A DNA stretch of 20,642 nt from Cyanobacteria bacterium P01_D01_bin.44 (lineage in GTDB: Bacteria; Cyanobacteriota; Cyanobacteriia; Phormidesmidales; Phormidesmidaceae), in the NCBI GenBank assembly GCA_039200855.1, contig JBCCRZ010000029.1, positions 1 through 20,642 on the forward strand. Direction: 5' to 3'. This document shows positions 8,399 through 15,498 of this stretch, in pieces (position 1 is the stretch's first letter; every line of letters begins with the position of its first letter). The position numbers and the translations under genes were made by a program. Below the pieces are notes generated by a model, which was given only the letters and a program-made list of their open reading frames with translations, had not been told where the DNA came from and searched no databases.

Positions 8399-8741
8399 AC
8401 TAAGGGGGCGAGTCAGAACTTTTATCGGTCAATCAGGCGCTGAGGGTTAGGTTGGTAGGGTAAATAAGATCTCATTAAATCTGAAAGTTTTTTGGACGAA
8501 GCTTTCGGATTTTTACTGACTACGGCTGTCTCATTTGAAATTGTAAGCATCACATTTTTTTAACTGCGCATCAGAAAAAATCTCTAAATGCTGAGAGATC
8601 TCTCTAGCTACGTTGCAAGATTTCTCGGCGAAACTACATTTCAAAGCCCCTCGCGCCCTCGCGATGAGGTTATTGGGGTGCTTGGAATAAAGTCTTCGAC
8701 AAACTTCATTGTAATCCTCAGCTAATTAGGAATTTACAGTC

Positions 8742-10400
8742 ATGATGCCTATTTTATTTGTGTTAGATGACGATCTCGACGTTCTAAAAGCGATTAAGCG
8801 TGACTTGCATTATAAGTATGGACAACATTTCCGAGTATTAGGCGCAAATTCGGGGATTACAGCGCTTGAAACCTTAAAAAACTTAAAGTTGCGCAACCAA
8901 CCAGTCAGCCTATTGTTGTCAGATCAGCGCATGCCACATATGACAGGCGTAGAGTTTTTTGAGCAAGCGATCGCAATTTTCCCCACTGCTAAACGGGTCT
9001 TGATCACAGCTTATACAGATACGGATACGGCAATCCATGCGATTAATAAAACGAAAATTGATTATTACTTACCAAAGCCGTGGACGCCACCGAAAGAGTA
9101 TTTATATCCTATCCTCAGTGATTTGCTCGAAGACTGGCATGCCTCATTTGAGACGCCGTGTAGAGGGATTCGGGTGATTGGTTATCGACGATTGCCTCAG
9201 TCCTATCAAATCAGAGACTTTTTGACACGCAATCAAATTCCTTACCATTGGCTAGATGTTGAAACAGATCACGAAGCCAGTCTTTTATCGAATTGCGTGA
9301 TACCTAACAATTCACAATGGCCTCTAGTGGTTTTTCCAGATGGCTCACATTTGGTGAAGCCTGGAAATGGTGAAATTGCTGAAAAACTAGGCCTAAAGAC
9401 TCGCCCTGAACGCTCATTTTATGATCTGGTGATTGTTGGGGGAGGCCCCTCTGGTTTGGCCGCCGCTGTTTATGGTGCATCCGAAGGACTACGCACGGTT
9501 ATGGTTGAGAGAGAAGCGCCTGGCGGGCAAGCTGGAACAAGTTCTAGAATCGAAAATTATCTAGGATTTCCATCGGGACTCAGTGGGGCAGATTTGGCCA
9601 GGCGGGCTGTCGCGCAGGCTAAACGATTTGGTGTAGAGATTTTGTCTCCCCAAGAAGTAACGAGTATTCATATTGAAGATCCGTATCGCGTGGCTAAATT
9701 AAAGAATGGGGCTGAGCTGAGTTGCCATGCGCTTTTAATTGCCACTGGTGTCACCTATCGCAGACTTGATGTCCCTGGCCTTGAAGCGCTGCGCGGAGCA
9801 GGGGTATACTACGGGGCTGCCACAACGGAAGCATCTGCCTGTCAGGGAGAAGATGTCTATATCGTAGGGGGGGCAAATTCAGCTGGCCAAGCAGCTATTT
9901 ACTGTGCCCAATATGCACGAAGTGTTGTGCTTTTGGTGCGAGGTGCTTCGCTAGAAAAAAGCATGTCTCAGTACTTAATCGATCAAATTAGAGATACAAA
10001 AAACATCACAGTATGGTTACACTCCAGCGTTGTTTCAGTGAAAGGCAAGCCTAGTCTTGAAGCGATTACGGTTGCCAATTCTGTCACCAGGGAGATTCAA
10101 ACGGTTCCGACAACTCGACTTTTTATCTTTATTGGCGCGATCCCGCATACGCACTGGTTAGGGGACACGGTAGAACGAGATCGGTGTGGCTTTATTTTGA
10201 CGGGTCCCGACCTGATGGAGATAGAGCATTGTTCACGTAAGTGGCCGCTTAAGCGCGATCCTTTTTTACTTGAAATGAGTGTTCCTGGCATGTTTGCAGT
10301 GGGGGATGTTCGTCATAAATCGGTCAAACGAGTGGCCTCTGCCGTCGGTGAAGGTGCGATCGCAGTACAGCTCATACATCAGTATCTCAGTACTATTTAA
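8742..10400 (+). CDS. Fused response regulator / thioredoxin-reductase-like FAD-dependent oxidoreductase
   Basis: 552 aa. The N-terminal REC domain has a complete acceptor set (DDD near residue 10, LLLSDQRMP, LITAYTD, YLPKPW). The middle is a thioredoxin-fold-like segment (IRVIGYRRLPQSYQIRDFLTRNQIPYHWLDVE). The C-terminus is a TrxB-like two-dinucleotide-fold domain (YDLVIVGGGPSGLAAAVYGASEGL, GGQAG, VYIVGGANSAGQAA, GMFAVGDV). Confidence 0.85.
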   Translation: MMPILFVLDDDLDVLKAIKRDLHYKYGQHFRVLGANSGITALETLKNLKLRNQPVSLLLSDQRMPHMTGVEFFEQAIAIFPTAKRVLITAYTDTDTAIHAINKTKIDYYLPKPWTPPKEYLYPILSDLLEDWHASFETPCRGIRVIGYRRLPQSYQIRDFLTRNQIPYHWLDVETDHEASLLSNCVIPNNSQWPLVVFPDGSHLVKPGNGEIAEKLGLKTRPERSFYDLVIVGGGPSGLAAAVYGASEGLRTVMVEREAPGGQAGTSSRIENYLGFPSGLSGADLARRAVAQAKRFGVEILSPQEVTSIHIEDPYRVAKLKNGAELSCHALLIATGVTYRRLDVPGLEALRGAGVYYGAATTEASACQGEDVYIVGGANSAGQAAIYCAQYARSVVLLVRGASLEKSMSQYLIDQIRDTKNITVWLHSSVVSVKGKPSLEAITVANSVTREIQTVPTTRLFIFIGAIPHTHWLGDTVERDRCGFILTGPDLMEIEHCSRKWPLKRDPFLLEMSVPGMFAVGDVRHKSVKRVASAVGEGAIAVQLIHQYLSTI

Positions 10401-10404
10401 TATT

Positions 10405-11829
10405 ATGATTGACACTGATACATTATGCCAGTTGCCATATTTTGCTGAGCTATCAAAACAGCAGTTAGACTGGTTGACGAAGCATGGCAACCAGATCACC
10501 CTAAGTCCGGGTGATTTGTTAGTCTCTGAGGGCGATTCGCCTGAATACTTTTATATTCTTCTCAAAGGCGAGCTTCAGAGTACTCAAAATATTGGAGAGG
10601 AGGAGATCGGTTTTGCCAGCTATAAGCCCGGACATTTTCTTGGCGAGATGCATATCGCTCTAGAGAGTGCTCATGTGAGTAGTGTACGGGCTCTGGTTCA
10701 CTGTCAGCTTTTTGAGTTGAAGAAGGGGGTATTTTTTCAAATGATGGCAATGTTTCCCTCTGTAAAACACTTCATTGTCTCTAAGATGGAACAGCATTTT
10801 CACGCAGCTCAAGGCATTCAATACCATGAAAAACTGGTTGGGCTTGGCACATTAGCGGCAGGTCTTGCTCATGAACTGAATAATCCAGCCGTAGCAGGGA
10901 ATCGGGCCGCAGAACATTTGCGCAACCATTTAGAGCGTTTGCAACCGCTGAGGACAGATGTTCAAACCACACTCTTAAGTGACTTGCAACTGGATGTGAT
11001 CTCGCGGGCAACAGCCCCCTTGTTTTCTGATCCATTCGAGAAAAGCGTTCAGGAGAGTACGGAATCCTTCTTATTAGATCCCTTAGAGAGAAGCGATCAG
11101 GAGGATAGAATTTTATCATGGCTGGCGGCCCGTGGTATCAATCATTGTTGGGAACTTGCGCCAACTTTAGTGGAGGCAAATCTACATATAGATTGGTTGG
11201 ACAGGGTTGCAGCGCGTGTAGACGCTGAGTCACTCCCCGGTGTACTGACATGGATTGGGTCTACGTTAGCCGTTAACAGACTACTGAGTGAGATACAACA
11301 TTGCACAACCCGTATTTCTGAAATGGTCAGTGCTGTTAAAGAATATTCGTACATGGATCAGGCTCCACTACAGGAAGTGGATATACATGAGGGGATTAAC
11401 TGTACTCTGTTGATGTTAGGGCATAAGATTAAGCGCGGCATCACCCTATTCTGTGAGTACGACCAACGCCTTCCCCGCATCTGTGTCTATGGCAGTGCAC
11501 TCAACCAAGTTTGGACCAATATCATTGACAATGCGATTGATGCAATTGATGCGATTGATGGACAAGGACAGCTCTGGATTCGCACTATGCGCGAAGATGA
11601 GTGTGTATTAGTTGAGATTATCGATAATGGGTCGGGCATTCCCCCTGAGATTCAATCGCGTATCTTTGAGCCATTTTTTACCATCAAGGGGGTCGGTCAA
11701 GGGACTGGCCTAGGCCTGAGCACTAGCTACCGGATTGTGGTTGAAATCCACCAAGGCAGCATCCGAGTGACGTCTAAGCCGGGTAAAACCTGTTTTCAGG
11801 TTCGCTTACCGCTTAAACAATGCGCTTAA
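10405..11829 (+). CDS. Sensor histidine kinase with N-terminal CAP/cyclic-nucleotide-binding-type domain
   Basis: ORF track 10279..11829. I start at ATG 10405, in frame and 4 nt after the upstream stop, because the upstream extension overlaps the TrxR-like gene. CAP_ED pattern: LPYFAELSKQQLDWL...GDLLVSEGD...FYILLKGEL...FLGEM. H-box LAHELNNP (His codon 10870-10872), N-box WTNIIDNAIDA, G1 DNGSGIP, F FEPFFT, G2 GQGTGLGLS. Confidence 0.85.
   Translation: MIDTDTLCQLPYFAELSKQQLDWLTKHGNQITLSPGDLLVSEGDSPEYFYILLKGELQSTQNIGEEEIGFASYKPGHFLGEMHIALESAHVSSVRALVHCQLFELKKGVFFQMMAMFPSVKHFIVSKMEQHFHAAQGIQYHEKLVGLGTLAAGLAHELNNPAVAGNRAAEHLRNHLERLQPLRTDVQTTLLSDLQLDVISRATAPLFSDPFEKSVQESTESFLLDPLERSDQEDRILSWLAARGINHCWELAPTLVEANLHIDWLDRVAARVDAESLPGVLTWIGSTLAVNRLLSEIQHCTTRISEMVSAVKEYSYMDQAPLQEVDIHEGINCTLLMLGHKIKRGITLFCEYDQRLPRICVYGSALNQVWTNIIDNAIDAIDAIDGQGQLWIRTMREDECVLVEIIDNGSGIPPEIQSRIFEPFFTIKGVGQGTGLGLSTSYRIVVEIHQGSIRVTSKPGKTCFQVRLPLKQCA
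11533..11559 (+). repeat. In-frame 9-bp tandem triplication (GCGATTGAT GCAATTGAT GCGATTGAT) encoding AID-AID-AID in the kinase N-box
   Basis: Read directly from the sequence. The three units are at 11533-11541, 11542-11550 and 11551-11559. Confidence 0.85.
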
Positions 11830-11830
11830 A

Positions 11831-11847
11831 CGCTCATGCTATGAGCG
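11831..11847. terminator. Perfect 7-bp stem / 3-nt loop hairpin between convergent stop codons
   Basis: CGCTCAT (11831-11837) gct ATGAGCG (11841-11847). It sits between the kinase TAA (11827-11829) and overlaps the monooxygenase TAG (11839-11841, minus strand). On the minus strand it is followed by TTTAAG; there is no real U-tract on either strand. Confidence 0.3.
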
Positions 11848-12990
11848 GCCTGTACCATACTTAAACTGGGAGCGTTCCCCCAGATCTTTCCCGAGTTTCC
11901 ACAAATGCATTCCCAGTCTGATTTGGTTCATTTCCCAGGTGTCTAAAGCTTTGACCACATCATGGGACTGTGCCACTAATGCATCAGCCAGTGCGATCGC
12001 ATTGGCAGCCCCTTTAGAAACACTGGCTGCTGTATGAGGGCGGGGAATGAAGGCGGCGTCACCCATGAGAGCAACACGATCAAACGCCATTTGCGGCACA
12101 CTCAAATCCAAAATTGCCTGAACAAACGGATCTTTCGTCGCAGCAACTAGCTTTTGGAAGGGGGGCGTCAGAACTTCATCAGCATACGATCGCATCTGCT
12201 GTTCAACTTCTGGGGCGATCAGGCCAGGGGGAATAGAATAATCGCGACGTTTGCCAGTTTTGTCAGTGAGAATATGGGTCAATTCTGTTGTTTCATCGTA
12301 GTTAACATACCATACCCAATTAAAGCGACGTTCTCCGGGGGTAAGCGACTCATTCTCCCCTGGAATCACATACTGGAGAATATGAGAATTAGGAAATTGA
12401 TAAAACACAAAGCGTTCTGTAAAAAGAGCCGCTGTCTCTGGGTCGAGTTCCGTCTCATCAACTAATCCACGATAGGCCACATAGCCTGCATAGCGAGGTT
12501 CATAATTGGGAAGAAGCTGCTGTCGAGCGGTTGAATTTGGACCATCTGCACCAATCAGTAAATTGCCAGTGTCACAGGTGCCATCCGCAAAAACAGCCTT
12601 AACCTGCTCACTGTTGTGCTGAATTTCCTTCAAGGTTTTCCCCTGGTGGTAATGCTCCGAGGGAAAATGTCGCCGCATAGTACCATACAGTAAATTCCAG
12701 GATGTCAAAACCTGACGCATCGGCATCTGTTGAGCAACGCCGCCATCTGCTTTCAGGTAGAACCGTTCGTGAGCGATCACGCCGAGGGGCGCTTCATAGC
12801 TTACACCTGCCCGCTGAAATGCTTCCACCACTTCTGACTGTAGAACTACGCCACCGCCACGACTGTCAAGGGAATGTGTTGATCGCTCATATATGTCTAC
12901 CTTCCAACCGATCGATCTCAGCAATATACCTGCAAATAAACCGCCTAATGAACCGCCAATCACAATGGCATGACCTGCTGCTGCGTTCAT
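11839..12990 (-). CDS. FAD-dependent monooxygenase (aromatic-ring/2,6-dihydroxypyridine hydroxylase-like)
   Basis: ORF track 11839..13005 starts at a TTG that is part of the SD (ttGGAGGAagtgggaATG). ATG 12990 is preferred. Motifs: GxGxxG AIVIGGSLGGLFAGILL...DIYER, LLIGADGPNS, and C-terminal GDAAFIPRPHTAASVSKGAANA. Confidence 0.8.
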   Translation of the reverse strand: MNAAAGHAIVIGGSLGGLFAGILLRSIGWKVDIYERSTHSLDSRGGGVVLQSEVVEAFQRAGVSYEAPLGVIAHERFYLKADGGVAQQMPMRQVLTSWNLLYGTMRRHFPSEHYHQGKTLKEIQHNSEQVKAVFADGTCDTGNLLIGADGPNSTARQQLLPNYEPRYAGYVAYRGLVDETELDPETAALFTERFVFYQFPNSHILQYVIPGENESLTPGERRFNWVWYVNYDETTELTHILTDKTGKRRDYSIPPGLIAPEVEQQMRSYADEVLTPPFQKLVAATKDPFVQAILDLSVPQMAFDRVALMGDAAFIPRPHTAASVSKGAANAIALADALVAQSHDVVKALDTWEMNQIRLGMHLWKLGKDLGERSQFKYGTGRS

Positions 12991-13073
12991 TCCCACTTCC
13001 TCCAATGACGAACCCAGATCATTCGCCGTATTATTGTCGTTATTGTTTGGATTAATCGTGCTAATTGTTGTAT

Positions 13074-13718
13074 TCAGGCAGTTGTCAATGCATTTGCTGC
13101 GTTTTGCAAAGCCTTTAGGAAAGCACTAACTGATTGAGCACCTGACAAAACTTCTTCCCCAATTCGGATATAAGGTACGCTATGAATACCTTGAGCGAGC
13201 GCTTGACGTTCCAATTTTCGCACATCTTGAATTCCCGTATCAGACAACAAGAATGTCCTTACCGATTCTGCATCCATACCCACCTCGGTCGCCAGCTTTG
13301 CTAAGGTATCGACTTCAACAATATTGTGCCCTTCCGTGAAATATGCCTTTAGAATGCGCTCTGCCATTGCATTTGCTCTATCTTGTTGAGCCGCAAACCA
13401 TACTAAGCGATGAGCTTTGAGGGTATTGGGTGTAATACTCATTAAGTCGTAACGAAACTCAATCTCATCGTCCTGGGTTGCTTGAATGGTTTGTGCATCT
13501 AATACCTGCGAGTAATCCCAACTGCCAAATTTATTGGTGCGGTAGGTCTTGCGGTTGATTCCCATGGCTGGCATATCTGGATTTAACTCAAAGGGGTACC
13601 AAACTCGCTGAATGTTGACAAGAGGACTGAGGAGAGCAATCGCCTTATTCAGGCGTGCTTCTGCAACGAGGCACCAGGGACAAATAAAATCTGAGGTGAT
13701 TTCGATCGTTAACATCAT
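13074..13718 (-). CDS. DsbA-family thiol:disulfide oxidoreductase (FrnE / 2-hydroxychromene-2-carboxylate isomerase-like)
   Basis: 214 aa. The active-site motif DFICPWCLVA is near the N-terminus and GIHSVPYIRIG near the C-terminus. It is co-directional with the monooxygenase, with an 83-nt gap. Confidence 0.8.
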   Translation of the reverse strand: MMLTIEITSDFICPWCLVAEARLNKAIALLSPLVNIQRVWYPFELNPDMPAMGINRKTYRTNKFGSWDYSQVLDAQTIQATQDDEIEFRYDLMSITPNTLKAHRLVWFAAQQDRANAMAERILKAYFTEGHNIVEVDTLAKLATEVGMDAESVRTFLLSDTGIQDVRKLERQALAQGIHSVPYIRIGEEVLSGAQSVSAFLKALQNAANALTTA

Positions 13719-14050
13719 GTAGCTTTCTCAACAGGTTACTCTCTTACCATAGCTCCACTCATAAAAAATGATAATATACCTTTTTTGCTAAACACCTTTG
13801 CAATAAGCGCAAAGAAGAGTCCTAATGGGGCTTGGTTCAAACGAAGGTCACACTATGGGCGCGATCAGATCGTCTAAAGGCTTGACGCCATCCTTCCGCG
13901 TTGACGCAATAGCAGGCTGGGCCATTGTCAAAGATGATCTGATTTCGGCTGCGAGTGTTACCTAAAAACCGCTGAAATTGAACCATGCCTAAAATCTTCG
14001 GAGTGGCTGCGTAATTAGGGAGCTATTGATAGGAATATTCTCTTCTGAGT

Positions 14051-14260
14051 CATTGTCATCGGCGGATAAAGCATCGCTATTATCCAACCCTTGGATTTAG
14101 CGAGTTTGATGCTGCCCAAAGATTCTGTCGAGCGGTGGATGAAGTGGGCAACTTTTTTAGACCTCGAACGCAAATGGCAGAATTCGTATCTCTATATGAG
14201 CGCAGGCAGAAATTTATCAAAGGTGTTGAGGAACTGGAGGCATTATTTCTGGCTGCATAA
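14051..14260 (+). pseudogene. 3'-terminal remnant of an IS6-family (IS6100-like) transposase gene
   Basis: Not in the ORF track. My translation of the frame with codons at 14051, 14054... gives HCHRRIKHRYYPTLGFSEFDAAQRFCRAVDEVGNFFRPRTQMAEFVSLYERRQKFIKGVEELEALFLAA*. This matches the IS6 C-terminal signature as I recall it (..H...K.R...m.GF.S...AQRF...f......FRPR..m). The same frame upstream (back to ~13853, TLWARSD...FRLRVLPK...MPKIF....LGSY) looks like a heavily decayed continuation with about 10 in-frame stops. Confidence 0.5.
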
Positions 14261-14358
14261 AAACAAAAAGGATGGGAGAGGATATTTTTATGGCGATTAA
14301 AGATTATTTGGCGACTTAGTCCTGACACTTTCTCTTAATCTGGGAACAGCTGGCAAGA

Positions 14359-15498
14359 TTAACCAGGACCATTCGAGGTTGGGTAAGCACGCGAAGACTG
14401 AAACCGTTGAATTGAAAACGGTTCAATCGCCAGGGAGCTCTTGTGATTCAAAATTAGCTCCGACATAATTCGCCCCACAACGGGTGACAGTTGGAAGCCG
14501 TGAGCCGAGAAACCAAACACATGGTAGACGTTGGGCACTTTCGCGCTGGCACCGATGACGGGAATGCGATCCGGCATAAAGGCTTCCAAGCCTGCCCAAG
14601 TTCTGACAATGCGAACACCTGCCATCCTGGGAAACAGGTCCAGCACAGTGCGGCTGCTCTCAGAGAGTTTTAAGAAATCAATTTCTGTCGTCTCTCGCAC
14701 CATATCATGTTCGGCCAGATAAGCCCCGCCAATCAGCACGGTGCCGTTTTGCATCTGCTTAAAAGACAACTTACGGGAGGCAGCCCCCACCACTGGCTCC
14801 AGGAAAGGAGGTAAGCGCTCAGTCACCATCATCATGGGAGCACCAACCTTTAGAGGAACCGGTTCCTCTAAATAGTCACACACTTGTCCAGCCCAAGCTC
14901 CCGCACAATTGACGAGGATGGGGGCATCAAATTTAGTTTGTGCTGACACCACCCGCCAATAATCTCCGACTCGATCTAATCTAGTCACCCGGCAGCCCGT
15001 TCGATACTCTACCCCCAGGGACTGAGCTTTACGACGAAAGGCGGTGAGGGCGTGATAAGGACGGGCAAAGCCATCCCCGGCGCTATACAGTCCGCCGACA
15101 CAATGGGGAGCCAGGGCTGGCACCAGCTGGTAAAGGCGATCGCGATCAATGATTTGCTCATGGTCAAATCCCAGGGACCGAGCCAGGGCAGCCCGTTCTT
15201 CTAGCTTTTGTAAATCGGCAGCATTCTCTGCCACCCGCACCTGTCCGCTGAGTTTAACATCGCAGTCACTGCCGACTAAGGCACGGATATCCCGCCACAT
15301 TTGAGCGGCAACCACTGCCAGGGGAATCTCCGCCGGATGGCGATTCAAACGCCGCAACCCGCCCGCATTGACCCCAGAAGCATGGCGACCAGGGCTGTTC
15401 TTTTCTACAACAATCACCCTCTGGCCAGCCATCGCCAGGTGCAGCGCCGTAGAAGACCCGATCAAACCGCCCCCGATGATCACCACATCTACCGTCAT
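14359..15498 (-). CDS. FAD-dependent oxidoreductase, DAO family (opine oxidase subunit B / HcnC / sarcosine-oxidase-beta-like)
   Basis: The ORF track extends to 15648, but that N-terminal extension overlaps the upstream gene. The real start is ATG 15498 (MTVDVVIIGGGLIGSSTALHLAMAGQRVIVVEK), which forms an ATGA overlap with the upstream stop. The body is DAO-like (HASGVNAGGLR, VNCAGAW, HGFQLSP). Confidence 0.8.
   Translation of the reverse strand: MTVDVVIIGGGLIGSSTALHLAMAGQRVIVVEKNSPGRHASGVNAGGLRRLNRHPAEIPLAVVAAQMWRDIRALVGSDCDVKLSGQVRVAENAADLQKLEERAALARSLGFDHEQIIDRDRLYQLVPALAPHCVGGLYSAGDGFARPYHALTAFRRKAQSLGVEYRTGCRVTRLDRVGDYWRVVSAQTKFDAPILVNCAGAWAGQVCDYLEEPVPLKVGAPMMMVTERLPPFLEPVVGAASRKLSFKQMQNGTVLIGGAYLAEHDMVRETTEIDFLKLSESSRTVLDLFPRMAGVRIVRTWAGLEAFMPDRIPVIGASAKVPNVYHVFGFSAHGFQLSPVVGRIMSELILNHKSSLAIEPFSIQRFQSSRAYPTSNGPG

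Noticed and set aside
10279-10404. Upstream 42-codon extension of the kinase ORF given in the track
   Set aside because: It lies entirely inside the 3' end of the REC-TrxR-like gene in another frame. The in-frame ATG at 10405, 4 nt after the upstream stop, begins the recognisable cNMP-type domain.
13791-13804. aacacctttgcaat as the left inverted repeat of the first IS6 relic
   Set aside because: It matches only ~9 of 14 positions of the IS26-type terminus. Its position would leave no room for the missing ~95 N-terminal codons, making it inconsistent without invoking a further deletion.
13837-13986. 49-aa minus-strand ORF (MVQFQRFLGNTRSRNQIIFDNGPACYCVN...) that I found by hand
   Set aside because: It has no SD and no recognisable family, and it lies antisense to the putative decayed IS6 frame. 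The evidence is insufficient.
14080-14328. 82-aa minus-strand ORF and the overlapping 69-aa plus-strand ORF 14091-14300
   Set aside because: They overlap each other, and both overlap a third frame that carries a recognisable IS6 transposase C-terminus. Neither has motifs, so they are best explained as chance ORFs over a pseudogene.
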